A DNA stretch of 64,000 bases from an uncultured Bacillales bacterium (lineage in GTDB: Bacteria; Bacillota_I; Bacilli_A; RFN20; CAG-288), in assembly GCA_949287425.1 (NCBI GenBank), contig CASEGJ010000005.1, forward strand, positions 82,955 through 146,954, in the 5' to 3' direction. Shown one piece after another: positions 9,987-19,893 of the stretch. The translations under genes were made by a program, and so were the position numbers. Within the stretch, counting starts at the first letter, position 1, and every line of letters begins with the position of its first letter. The notes below the pieces were generated by a model. The model made no database searches. It was given only the letters and a program-made list of their open reading frames with translations, and had not been told where the DNA came from.

Positions 9987-10013
9987 TTAGCACTCATTAT
10001 CATCCAGTGCTAG
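9987..10013 (-). promoter_or_regulatory. CIRCE operator (HrcA binding site)
   Basis: TTAGCACTC-N9-CAGTGCTAG, 7/9 + 7/9 match to the consensus TTAGCACTC-N9-GAGTGCTAA, 13 nt upstream of the hrcA ATG. Confidence 0.8.
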
Positions 10014-10017
10014 TATA

Positions 10018-10045
10018 ATTATACCTTCTATATTAGCAATGTCAA
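10018..10045 (-). promoter_or_regulatory. sigma-A type promoter of the dnaK operon (TTGACA-N16-TATAAT on the minus strand)
   Basis: Minus-strand reading: cTTGACAttgctaatatagaaggTATAATtatactagcactg. -35 at 10040-10045, -10 at 10018-10023, directly abutting CIRCE. Confidence 0.6.
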
Positions 10046-10230
10046 GGTATGATTGCTAAAAAACTACATTTTGTTAACTTTCCTTTTAAAACAAATGTTT
10101 TTGATTAAAAGACTTATATATAAAATAGGAATAAAAGATAACCTTTCAACTAAAAGTCAAAACTTTTTTTAAAATTTATAAAAAATAACTTGCTTTAATT
10201 TAAAGCATATGGTTAAATAATACTTGCGAC

Positions 10231-10307
10231 GGATCAGTGGTGTAGCGGTCTAACATGCCTCCCTGTCACGGAGGAGATCGCGGGTTCGATTCCCGTCTGA
10301 TCCGCCA
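10231..10307 (+). tRNA. tRNA-Asp (anticodon GTC)
   Basis: Acceptor GGATCAG/CTGATCC + G + CCA; anticodon arm CCTCC-CTGTCAC-GGAGG; GTTCGATTC T-loop. Confidence 0.85.
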
Positions 10308-10324
10308 TTTTATTTTAATCATTT

Positions 10325-10400
10325 GGCCCGATAGCTCAGCTGGTAGAGCAAGGGACTGAAAATCCCTGTGTCGAGGGTTCGACTCCCCCTTGGGCCACCA
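10325..10400 (+). tRNA. tRNA-Phe (anticodon GAA)
   Basis: Acceptor GGCCCGA/TTGGGCC + A + CCA; D-arm GCTCAGCTGGTAGAGC; anticodon arm AGGGA-CTGAAAA-TCCCT; GGTTCGACT T-loop. Confidence 0.85.
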
Positions 10401-10412
10401 TGAACTAAAATT

Positions 10413-10446
10413 GTCTGAATTATTGTTCAGACCTTTTTTATTTTTG
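10413..10446 (+). terminator. intrinsic terminator after the tRNA pair
   Basis: GTCTGAA-ttattg-TTCAGAC hairpin followed by CTTTTTTATTTTT. Confidence 0.6.
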
Positions 10447-10610
10447 TAATTAAAATAGATACTTAATCTTAATATATGCAAATAATCCTTAGTAAAATAA
10501 GTTAATGATGAACATTATATATAGTAAATAATTTATAAAAATTTCATATTTGTTCGTAATTTAATAGAGTTCAATCCAATTAATTTATTACAATTATCAA
10601 TATATATTTC

Positions 10611-11036
10611 TTGATGTATTTCTTGTCATTATATATTATTAACTTAATAGAAACTTTAATTAAAAATATGAAGGATAAAAGTGAAATAGGAAATGCAATC
10701 AATAAAGACGAAACGACTAAACCTATAGGAAAAACTAGAGCTATATTATCTATTATTTTTAATTGTTTAGGTATTCTTGCTTTTTTATTAGTTTTCGCAA
10801 TGATTTTTATAGCTAAATTTAACTGGGCTTATTTATTAGCTTACTTAGCTTTTTATCCTATTATTGCTATCCCATGCCATATTATTGGAATTACTTTAAA
10901 TTTTGCTATTAATTTCAGAAACAAAAGTAATTTTTACTTAAAAGTCGTTGCAAATATTATTTCTTATTTATCTACTTTGCTTACAATCTTAGATATTATT
11001 GTTCTAATTAGCTTTTCAATAATTTTATATATTTAA
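10611..11036 (+). CDS. hypothetical small membrane protein (3-4 predicted TM helices)
   Basis: ORF only; strongly hydrophobic; no recognisable family; start uncertain. Confidence 0.3.
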   Translation: MMYFLSLYIINLIETLIKNMKDKSEIGNAINKDETTKPIGKTRAILSIIFNCLGILAFLLVFAMIFIAKFNWAYLLAYLAFYPIIAIPCHIIGITLNFAINFRNKSNFYLKVVANIISYLSTLLTILDIIVLISFSIILYI

Positions 11037-11142
11037 ATTTGCTACATAATTGAATAATTTTTATATTTTATATAAAAAATTGGATAACATTTTTAGTTGT
11101 TAACCAATTTAATAAAAATTGCAAAATATATAAATTGTTTAG

Positions 11143-13011
11143 TTATTCAGCTGCTGAAATTACTGCTGAAAAGCTTCCATAAAAACTAGTGGTTCCGATA
11201 ATACTTATACTTGATTCAGAAACTACCTCTAATGTAAGTTTAGAAATATATGTCATAAAATCAGAGCTTGGGAATGTTAATAAATTAGCGATAAATTCAA
11301 TAGTAGCACTATCAGTCACAATATATTCATCTTGCAAAGTTGCATCCGCTTTAAATGATGATGTATCTAGATTATTTAAACTTGTAAAGACATCGTTTTC
11401 TAACATATCTCCATCATAAGTATCACCTAATACTTCTTCACCCTCTACTAAAGTATATCTAGTTAATTTACCTTCGTTCATCTTATAACCATATGATTTA
11501 GTTTCATCAGATAAATTTTTAACTAAGTAATTAGTTTCACTAACATTAATTTCAATATTACCGATTTCATTCAAATTTGGAGCAAAAGTACTAAATTTAT
11601 TTTCAAGAACAATCTTGTAATTCTTGCTATCTTTAATACTAGTAAAAGTCTCTATCAATTTAGAGATATCACTTGAATCAAAATCTTTATTTTCTTCGAT
11701 ATAAGATTCAATAACATCATTTTTAGTAGTATTGATATTAGTAATTACAACATGGAAAGTAGCTTCAGATTCAATATGTAGATCAAATTCCAATTTAGTA
11801 TCAGAAATAGAAGTAAATAAAGCATAATCAGTTTCAGCATTTACTACTGGAAAATAATTAACAGTATGAACTAAATCATATAAAGAAGTTAGAACTGAAA
11901 CATTGTTAGATAGTTTTAACCCACCTTCTACTTCTTCTAAAGATAAGTTACTTAAATTGATATTCTTAAAATTATGAATACTACTTACATTGTCCCAAAA
12001 AGAATGAGAAGTAGACGAACTATATGTAATTTCACTTCCTATAACTACTTGATTACCTTCTAAAGTGAAATTATAAGCAGAGTTAGCAAGATTCAAATAC
12101 CCTTTACTTAAACTTGGAGTTAACTTGTTATCTGAATAGTAATAATCGCTAGTTACAGTATCGATATAGTGATTAGAATTGCTAGAATTAGTAACTTCTA
12201 AAGTATAGTTATTATCATTTTTTAAAGTCTGCAAAACAGAAATTAGATTTTCAGATAAATCTACTTTAGCTGAACCACCATTTTCAATATATTCATCAAT
12301 ATAAGGAATTTCAGTTTCACCAATTGAATGCAATTCACCCACACAACTACCAGTATAATTAGGATTATCTGGAGTAAAAGTAACTGTTGAAATAAAACTG
12401 GTCTCACTAGTAACTTCTACACTAACTTCAATATAAGGTAAAACATAAACATCACCATACCCAGCAAGAACAGCAAATAATAATTTATTAGCATCATCAG
12501 TTATCTTATAAGTATTATCTTCACTTACTTGATTAGAAAAAGCGTCAATATTAAAATCTGCAAAACTAATAATTGCATTATCCCATAATCCTGAAATAAC
12601 ACTCCCCTGCTGATTTCTATAAAAATCGCCTGGAACTACTTGGTTATCTTCAATAATAAATTCAAAAACTTGATTTGAATTATCTTCAGCATAACCAAAT
12701 GGAACTGCTGAATCATTTGATGGATTAATATAATCAACATAATAAGCTTTCTCAGTATAATAGATGTTAGTTGTCATATCGAAAATTTCATCATTCATCG
12801 TATATGTATAATTTTTTAATTCAGCGATATTTCTCATTACTTGTTGTAATGAAGGTAATTCCTTGTTTGTTGAGCTGCTAGTAATAGGAGTTTGACTAGA
12901 AACTGAATTTTCACTTGAAGATGAACTGCTCCCTACTCCTGTTTGATTATTACAAGCTACTAGCATCAATATAGGTAAAGCTAATATAACTGTTAAAAAC
13001 TTTTTCTTCAT
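11143..13011 (-). CDS. lipoprotein with Ser-rich linker (Mollicutes/Firmicutes-type surface lipoprotein), function unknown
   Basis: MKKKFLTVILALPILMLVAC lipobox followed by GSSSSSSENSVSS; AGGAGG RBS 8 nt upstream of the ATG at 13011. The upstream 13 codons in the ORF track are a spurious extension. Confidence 0.6.
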   Translation of the reverse strand: MKKKFLTVILALPILMLVACNNQTGVGSSSSSSENSVSSQTPITSSSTNKELPSLQQVMRNIAELKNYTYTMNDEIFDMTTNIYYTEKAYYVDYINPSNDSAVPFGYAEDNSNQVFEFIIEDNQVVPGDFYRNQQGSVISGLWDNAIISFADFNIDAFSNQVSEDNTYKITDDANKLLFAVLAGYGDVYVLPYIEVSVEVTSETSFISTVTFTPDNPNYTGSCVGELHSIGETEIPYIDEYIENGGSAKVDLSENLISVLQTLKNDNNYTLEVTNSSNSNHYIDTVTSDYYYSDNKLTPSLSKGYLNLANSAYNFTLEGNQVVIGSEITYSSSTSHSFWDNVSSIHNFKNINLSNLSLEEVEGGLKLSNNVSVLTSLYDLVHTVNYFPVVNAETDYALFTSISDTKLEFDLHIESEATFHVVITNINTTKNDVIESYIEENKDFDSSDISKLIETFTSIKDSKNYKIVLENKFSTFAPNLNEIGNIEINVSETNYLVKNLSDETKSYGYKMNEGKLTRYTLVEGEEVLGDTYDGDMLENDVFTSLNNLDTSSFKADATLQDEYIVTDSATIEFIANLLTFPSSDFMTYISKLTLEVVSESSISIIGTTSFYGSFSAVISAAE

Positions 13012-13065
13012 AATTTTCCTCCTTGCATAATAGTAAATAAATATTATCAAAGCGCTTTTATTTAT

Positions 13066-13101
13066 GCAACAAAAATACCCCTATAAATACATATAGAGGT
13101 A
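13066..13101 (-). terminator. intrinsic terminator ending the pur operon
   Basis: Minus-strand hairpin TACCTCTATA-tgtattt-ATAGGGGTA (one mismatch) followed by TTTTTGTTG, 16 nt after the purL stop. Confidence 0.55.
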
Positions 13102-13116
13102 TTAAGATTTAATTAA

Positions 13117-16100
13117 TTAGTTTTTGTCAAAATATTCTTTGGCGGATTTAAACATCTTTAATTCATAATTACCAGGAACGTTTTTATAAAGCCCATAACC
13201 AGATCTTTCAGCATGTCCCATCTTACCAAATATTCTTCCATCTTTAGAACAAATTCCTTCAATAGCCAAAGTTGAACCATTAGGATTAAAATGAATATTC
13301 ATAGTAGGATTATTATTTAAATCGACATATTGAGTGGCAATTTGTCCATTTTTAACTAATTCTGATAGCAAATTATCTTCGATAACAAATCTACCTTCTC
13401 CATGTGAAATGGCGACATTATATATTTCATCGACTTTAGTATTTTTTAACCATATAGATTTATTAGAAGCGATTCTTGTTCTTACTATCATCGATTGATG
13501 GCGAGAAATAGTATTAAATGTCAAAGTAGGTGAATGCTCATCACAATCTAAAATCTTTCCATATGGAAGTAAACCCAATTTAACTAAAGCTTGGAAACCA
13601 TTACAAATTCCTGCAATTAATCCGCCGTTTTTATCTAAAAGATTCTCTACTTCATCTTTAATCAACTTATTTCTAAAAAATGAAGTGATAAATTTAGCAG
13701 AACCATCAGGTTCATCACCTCCAGAAAAGCCTCCTGGAATAAAAATAATTTGAGATTCTCTAATTAATTTGGCAAATTCATAAGTAGATTTAACAATATC
13801 CTGACTCGTCAAATTATTAATAACGTAAATTGTTGGATCTAAACCTTCATCGATGGCCTTTTTAGCTGTATCATACTCACAATTAGTTCCTGGAAATACT
13901 GGAATTAATATTTTAGGTTTATAAATAATTGTTGGTGAATGAGGATATTTATCTATCTTATAAGAAACTTTTTCAACTTTTTGCTTTTTCCAAACCTCAT
14001 TTTGCTTTTTAAAGTTAACTGGATAAACATTTTCAAGTTTATCTTCGTATCGTTTTAAAAGATCTTCAAGTAAAATTTCTTGATTTTGATAGGTAAATTT
14101 AGCTTCGGAAATTATTTTACCTAGTTCGATAACTTCAAAATTTAATTCAGAAACATCATCAATATCTTCCACTTCAACTACTATACTTCCATATGAGTAA
14201 TTAAATAGTAAATTTAATGATAAATTAGAATCGTATTCAAAACCTAACTTATTGCCAATCGCTTGTTTAAATATGGCTTCACTAACCCCACCATAACTAA
14301 CTGCGTACATAGAATATACCTTCTTACTAGAAACTAATTCTTCACAAGCTTTAAATACATCTAATAAAGATGAGATTTCAGGCAATTCATCTTCATATTT
14401 TGGCTTAAGTAAAATTACTTTATGACCTACTTGCTTAAATTCATTTGAAACGATATTATTAACATCACTTGTTGTAACAGCAAATGAAACTAAACTAGGT
14501 GGAACATCTATATTTTCAAAACTACCTGACATAGAATCTTTTCCACCAATAGAAGCAATTTGTAAATCAAGTTGAGCTTTTAAAGCACCTAATAAACTAG
14601 AAAGCGGCTTTCCCCATCTAGAAGCATCTTTATTTAATCTTTCAAAATATTCTTGGAATGTTAAATAAATATCTTTATATTTACATCCAGCAGCAATCAA
14701 TTTACTTACCGATTCAATAACTGCTAAATATGCTCCTTTATATTGATTTATTTCAGAAATAAACGGATTAAAACCATAGCTCATTATAGAAGCTAAGTTT
14801 GTGTGTCCTTTTTCAACAGAAACTTTAAAAGCTAAAACCTGTTCAGGAGTCAATTGATATTTTCCACCATATGGCATCAAAATAGTATTAGCACCAATAG
14901 TAGAATCGAATCTATTTACTAATCCTTGCTGAGAACATACATTTAAATCAGAAACTAAATCAAAATAATTAGATTTAAAATCACCAGTTATATTCTTAGA
15001 ATAATTTCCCTGTTTATTAACTTTAACATCAACGTGCTTTTTAGCTCCGTTAGACGAAAGAAATTCTCTAGAAATATTGACGATTACTTCATCGTTCCAT
15101 CTCATTGATAAATATGGCTTACTAGTAACTTTAGCAACAATATTGGCTTCTAAATTTTCACGATTAGCTAACTCTAAAAATTCCTTAGCATCATTGTAAT
15201 TAACAACAACAGCCATTCTTTCTTGAGATTCAGAAATAGCTAGTTCTGTTCCATCTAAACCTTCGTATTTTTTAGTTACAGCATTTAAATCGATATCTAA
15301 TCCATCAGCTAATTCACCAATAGCGACACTTACTCCACCTGCACCAAAATCATTGCATCTTTTTATTAATTTTGTTGCCTTAGGATTTCTAAATAACCTC
15401 TGTAATTTTCTTTCTTCAAGAGGGTTGCCTTTTTGAACTTCTGCACCACAGTGAGATAAACTTGTGACATCGTGAGCTTTAGATGAACCAGTAGCTCCAC
15501 CACAGCCATCTCTACCAGTTCTTCCACCAAGCAAAATTACAACATCCCCTTCTTGAGGAGTTAATCTTATAACATTTTCACTTGGAGTAGCAGCTATAAC
15601 AGCACCTATTTCCATTCTTTTAGCAACATAATTAGGATGATATATTTCATTAACATAACCAGTAGCTAATCCAATTTGGTTACCATAAGAAGAATATCCA
15701 TCACTAGCAGTTTGACAGATCTTCTTTTGAGGTAATTTACCTTTTAATGTTTTAGATATTTCACTAGTAGGATCACCAGCTCCAGTTATTCTCATTGCCC
15801 CATAAACATAGCTTCTCCCTGAAAGAGGGTCTCTAATAGCACCACCTATACAAGTAGCAGCTCCACCAAACGGCTCAATTTCTGTTGGGTGATTGTGAGT
15901 TTCATTTTTAAATAACAACAACCAATCTTCTAATTTATTATCAACGTCGACTTTTATTTTTACAGTACAAGCGTTAACTTCTTCTGATTCATCTAGCTTA
16001 TCTAATTTGCCTAGTTTTTTTAATACTTTAATACCGATTGTAGCAATATCCATTAAACAAATTGGTTTTTTATCATTTACTTGTTTTCTATATTCAAGAT

Positions 16101-16842
16101 ATTCTTCATAAGCTTTTTGAATAGTGCTATCTTCAAAAATGACATTATCCAATTGAGTTAAAAATGTAGTGTGACGACAATGATCTGACCAATATGTATC
16201 GATAACTTTAATTTCAGTAATACTTGGATCTCTTTTTTCAGATTTAAAATATTCTTGGCAAAATTCTAAATCCGCTAAATCCATAGCTAAACCATTACTA
16301 GTTAAAAATTGCTCAAGTTGATTTTTAGTATATGAAATAAAGCCATCGATAATTTTTACTTTGTTAGGTTTAGGATAAGTTTCAATTAAACTATCATAAG
16401 AAGATAAACTTGCAAGTCGAGCTTCAACAGGGTTAATTAAATAATCTTGTATCTTTTTAACATCATCATTTGATAAATTACCATAAAGTTTATAGATAGT
16501 AGCTGTTTTAACTAACGGTCTTTGTTTTTGAGTTAACAATTGAATACATTGACTAGCCGAATTAGCTCTAACATCAAATTGACCCGGAAGATATTCAACG
16601 CCAAATACTATAGAAGCATCATCATTTAAACTAGTATATGTTTCATCAACTTGCTTTTCAGAAAGAATCAAATCGACAGCTTTTTTAAAATCTTCTTCAG
16701 AAATTTCATCTAGATCATAGCGATTAAATATTTTGACATTTTCCAAATTAGAAATGCCTAAAAACGTTTTTAAATCACTAAGTAAACCTTTTTCTTTAGC
16801 ATTAAAACCTTCTTTTTTTCTAACGTATATTCTATAGACCAT
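13117..16842 (-). CDS. purL: phosphoribosylformylglycinamidine (FGAM) synthase, single-chain large type
   Basis: 1241 aa with N-terminal PurS-like region, AIRS-like synthetase domains and C-terminal glutaminase domain (ICNGFQALVKLG, Cys nucleophile); no separate purQ/purS. Confidence 0.9.
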   Translation of the reverse strand: MVYRIYVRKKEGFNAKEKGLLSDLKTFLGISNLENVKIFNRYDLDEISEEDFKKAVDLILSEKQVDETYTSLNDDASIVFGVEYLPGQFDVRANSASQCIQLLTQKQRPLVKTATIYKLYGNLSNDDVKKIQDYLINPVEARLASLSSYDSLIETYPKPNKVKIIDGFISYTKNQLEQFLTSNGLAMDLADLEFCQEYFKSEKRDPSITEIKVIDTYWSDHCRHTTFLTQLDNVIFEDSTIQKAYEEYLEYRKQVNDKKPICLMDIATIGIKVLKKLGKLDKLDESEEVNACTVKIKVDVDNKLEDWLLLFKNETHNHPTEIEPFGGAATCIGGAIRDPLSGRSYVYGAMRITGAGDPTSEISKTLKGKLPQKKICQTASDGYSSYGNQIGLATGYVNEIYHPNYVAKRMEIGAVIAATPSENVIRLTPQEGDVVILLGGRTGRDGCGGATGSSKAHDVTSLSHCGAEVQKGNPLEERKLQRLFRNPKATKLIKRCNDFGAGGVSVAIGELADGLDIDLNAVTKKYEGLDGTELAISESQERMAVVVNYNDAKEFLELANRENLEANIVAKVTSKPYLSMRWNDEVIVNISREFLSSNGAKKHVDVKVNKQGNYSKNITGDFKSNYFDLVSDLNVCSQQGLVNRFDSTIGANTILMPYGGKYQLTPEQVLAFKVSVEKGHTNLASIMSYGFNPFISEINQYKGAYLAVIESVSKLIAAGCKYKDIYLTFQEYFERLNKDASRWGKPLSSLLGALKAQLDLQIASIGGKDSMSGSFENIDVPPSLVSFAVTTSDVNNIVSNEFKQVGHKVILLKPKYEDELPEISSLLDVFKACEELVSSKKVYSMYAVSYGGVSEAIFKQAIGNKLGFEYDSNLSLNLLFNYSYGSIVVEVEDIDDVSELNFEVIELGKIISEAKFTYQNQEILLEDLLKRYEDKLENVYPVNFKKQNEVWKKQKVEKVSYKIDKYPHSPTIIYKPKILIPVFPGTNCEYDTAKKAIDEGLDPTIYVINNLTSQDIVKSTYEFAKLIRESQIIFIPGGFSGGDEPDGSAKFITSFFRNKLIKDEVENLLDKNGGLIAGICNGFQALVKLGLLPYGKILDCDEHSPTLTFNTISRHQSMIVRTRIASNKSIWLKNTKVDEIYNVAISHGEGRFVIEDNLLSELVKNGQIATQYVDLNNNPTMNIHFNPNGSTLAIEGICSKDGRIFGKMGHAERSGYGLYKNVPGNYELKMFKSAKEYFDKN

Positions 16843-16843
16843 A

Positions 16844-18115
16844 CTAATTCTCTCCTTTAATAAAATCTATACCTGATTTGCCAATATCTTTTCTATAAAA
16901 TAAATTTTCACATGAAATCTTTCTAACATCTTTATAAGTGTTAGAAATAGCTTCTTGTAGAGATTTTCCAAAATTAACAATCCCTAATACTCTTCCGCCA
17001 TTAGTAACTAACTTACCATCTTTTTTACTTACACCAGAAAAATATACATTTTTAAGGCCGTTTAAATCTATTAGATAACCTTTTTGATAAGAATCTGGAT
17101 AACCTTTACTAGCTAAAATTACGCAGCAAGCATATTCGTTTTTAAATTTAAGATTCACTTGATTTAAAGTTTCATTACTTACATGTTGCATAACGTCTAG
17201 CAAATCGTTTTTTAGTAAAGGTAAAACAACTTGAGCTTCAGGATCACCAAAACGAGAATTATATTCAATAACTTTAGGACCTAATGGAGTTAACATCAAT
17301 GAAAAATAAAGACAACCTTTAAATTTAATACCTTCTTGATTTAAAGCATATAAGGTTTTATCAATTATATTTTTCTTGCAATATTCTTCTATTTCTTTTG
17401 TATAGCATGGATTAGGAGAAATAGTACCCATTCCACCAGTATTTGGACCTTTGTTATTATCGTAAGCGCGTTTATGATCCATTGAAGATATCATTGGTAA
17501 AATAGTTTTACCATCGCAAAAAGTCAAAACAGAAACTTCAGGTCCAGTTAAAAATTCTTCAATAACAATTTTGTTACCAGCTTGGCCAAATTTAGCATCT
17601 AACATCATAGATTTAATCGCTTGAAGACCTTCTTGCAAGTTATTAGCGATTATTACCCCTTTACCTAAAGCTAATCCATCAGCTTTAATAACTTGAGGAA
17701 AGCTAGCACTTTCTAGATATTTTTTAGCATCTTCATATTTTTCAAAAACTTCAAATTTAGCAGTAGGAATATCGTATTTTTCCATGAGTCTTTGTGCAAA
17801 AATTTTGCTAGCTTCAATCTGTGCGGCCTTTTTATTTGGACCAAAGCAAGGAATAGAATGTTCTTCTAATAAATCAACTAAACCATTTGCTAACGGATCA
17901 TCTTGACCAACAACGACATAATCTATTTTTTCATCTAAACAAAATTTTAAAATACTTGGAAAATCTAACGCGGAGATATTAACAGGAATTGCAACATCTT
18001 CCATACCTATATTTCCTGGTAAAACATAAATCTTTTCAACTTGTGGATTTTTTCTAATACAACTAGCAATAACATGCTCTCTTCCACCAGAACCAACAAC
18101 AGCAATCTTCATCAT
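16844..18115 (-). CDS. purD: phosphoribosylamine--glycine ligase
   Basis: ATP-grasp; MKIAVVGSGGREH N-terminus; start ATG overlaps purN stop (ATGA). Confidence 0.9.
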   Translation of the reverse strand: MMKIAVVGSGGREHVIASCIRKNPQVEKIYVLPGNIGMEDVAIPVNISALDFPSILKFCLDEKIDYVVVGQDDPLANGLVDLLEEHSIPCFGPNKKAAQIEASKIFAQRLMEKYDIPTAKFEVFEKYEDAKKYLESASFPQVIKADGLALGKGVIIANNLQEGLQAIKSMMLDAKFGQAGNKIVIEEFLTGPEVSVLTFCDGKTILPMISSMDHKRAYDNNKGPNTGGMGTISPNPCYTKEIEEYCKKNIIDKTLYALNQEGIKFKGCLYFSLMLTPLGPKVIEYNSRFGDPEAQVVLPLLKNDLLDVMQHVSNETLNQVNLKFKNEYACCVILASKGYPDSYQKGYLIDLNGLKNVYFSGVSKKDGKLVTNGGRVLGIVNFGKSLQEAISNTYKDVRKISCENLFYRKDIGKSGIDFIKGEN

Positions 18116-18705
18116 TTTTCTCCTAACAACATCTTAGCGACTTTTTCACTCGCTAATGGCAATATCTTCCATTCAGCTAATCTCATTATCCGTTTTTGAA
18201 GGCTTTCGGGAGTATCATCATCTTTTACTTTTACAGCTTTTTGCATAATAATTTTTCCACCATCGGGAATTTCATTGACAAAATGAACACTAGCACCGGA
18301 AACTTTTACTCCATATTCTAATGCCTTTTGATGTACTTTTATTCCATAATAACCTTTTCCACAAAAAGAAGGGATTAATGAAGGGTGAATATTTATTATC
18401 TTGCCATTTAATTCTCTTTCGAAATTAGAAATAAATTCACTTGATAAAATAGCTAAATAACCAGCTAAAACAATCAAACGTATGTTGTTTTCTTTAAGTA
18501 AATTTAAAATATAACTATCATCTTTACTAACATAACTAGGGATATTGTGATTTTTAGCCCTAGTTAAAGCGTAAGCATCCTTTTTGTTAGAAAGGACAAA
18601 TTTTATATCAACATGAGGCATAATTCCCTTTTTAGAAGAAAGAATTAAATGTTCTAAATTAGTTCCGCCTCCAGAAACAAAAACTGCAGTATTTATCTTT
18701 TCCAT
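18112..18705 (-). CDS. purN: phosphoribosylglycinamide formyltransferase
   Basis: 197 aa; formyltransferase motifs (IINIHPSLIP); ends with TGA stop, showing TGA is not Trp here. Confidence 0.85.
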   Translation of the reverse strand: MEKINTAVFVSGGGTNLEHLILSSKKGIMPHVDIKFVLSNKKDAYALTRAKNHNIPSYVSKDDSYILNLLKENNIRLIVLAGYLAILSSEFISNFERELNGKIINIHPSLIPSFCGKGYYGIKVHQKALEYGVKVSGASVHFVNEIPDGGKIIMQKAVKVKDDDTPESLQKRIMRLAEWKILPLASEKVAKMLLGEK

Positions 18706-18707
18706 AA

Positions 18708-19892
18708 TTAGTGATGAAACAATCTCGAATGTGTAAAGACCATAACCATGTTATATAAGTTAGCTTTAGCAATAACATCATCATCGCGAATTGAGCCACC
18801 AGGTTCAGCAACATAACTTACTCCTGATTGACTAGCCCTATCGATATTATCTCCAAATGGGAAGAAAGCATCAGAAGTTAAACTGACACCTTTAATATTA
18901 GATAAATATTCTTTTTGCATAGTTCTAGTAAATGGTTCAGGTTTAATTTCAAAATAATTTTCCCATTTACCTTCTTCTAGAATATCCATATAGTCATTTG
19001 AAAGGTAAATATCTATCAAATTATCTCTATCAGCTCTTTTTAAATTAGATTTAAACTTCAAATCTAAAACTCTATCAGATTGTCTTAAAAACCATAAATC
19101 TGCTTTATTTCCTGCTAATCTTGTGCAATGAACCCTAGATTGTTGACCAGCACCAACACCGATAGCTTGACCTTGATAAGAAAAGCAAACAGAATTAGAT
19201 TGAGTATATTTTAAAGTAATTAAACCTACAGTTAAATCTAAAATAGCCTCTTTGGTTAAATTTTTATTTGTAGTTACTATATCTTTAAAAGTGTTTTCAT
19301 CCACTCTATAATCATTTCTTTCCTGTTGAAAACAAACGCCAAAAACATCTCTAATTTCTAATTTTTTAGGAACGTAATTAGGATTAACTTTCAATATACA
19401 GTAATTTCCCTTTTTCTTTTCCTTTAAAAGTTCTAAAGCTTGCTTAGAATATGAAGGGGCGATAATACCATCAGATACTTCTCTATGAATCAATTTAGCA
19501 GTAGTTAAATCACATTCATCAGATAACGCGATAAAATCACCAAATGAAGAAAGTCTATCTGTACCTCTTGCTCTAGCATAAGCACAGGCTAATAAAGAAT
19601 CATCAAGTCCATTAACATCATTAACAAAACACGCTTTTTTTAAGCTTGTTGGCAAAATAGAACCTACGCTAGCTGAAGTAGGAGAAACATGCTTAAAAGA
19701 ACTAGCAGATGGTAAATTGGTAGCCTGTTTAAGTTGACTTACTAATTGATAAGAATTAAAAGCATCTAATAAATTGATATACCCTGGTTTACCATTTAAA
19801 ACCTCAAAAGGCAAATCAGAACCATCTTCCATAAATACTTTAGCTTGCTTTTGATTAGGATTACATCCGTATTTTAACAATAATTCTTTCAT
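18708..19892 (-). CDS. purH: AICAR transformylase-domain-only PurH (lacks the N-terminal MGS-like IMP cyclohydrolase domain)
   Basis: 394 aa beginning LKYGCNPNQ (compare the AICARFT motif LRYGENPHQ that normally sits ~270 aa into bifunctional PurH); GGAGG RBS. Confidence 0.7.
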   Translation of the reverse strand: MKELLLKYGCNPNQKQAKVFMEDGSDLPFEVLNGKPGYINLLDAFNSYQLVSQLKQATNLPSASSFKHVSPTSASVGSILPTSLKKACFVNDVNGLDDSLLACAYARARGTDRLSSFGDFIALSDECDLTTAKLIHREVSDGIIAPSYSKQALELLKEKKKGNYCILKVNPNYVPKKLEIRDVFGVCFQQERNDYRVDENTFKDIVTTNKNLTKEAILDLTVGLITLKYTQSNSVCFSYQGQAIGVGAGQQSRVHCTRLAGNKADLWFLRQSDRVLDLKFKSNLKRADRDNLIDIYLSNDYMDILEEGKWENYFEIKPEPFTRTMQKEYLSNIKGVSLTSDAFFPFGDNIDRASQSGVSYVAEPGGSIRDDDVIAKANLYNMVMVFTHSRLFHH

Positions 19893-19893
19893 G

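Noticed and set aside
10266-10481. 71-aa minus-strand ORF
   Set aside because: Lies entirely across tRNA-Asp and tRNA-Phe; its composition reflects tRNA sequence, not coding.
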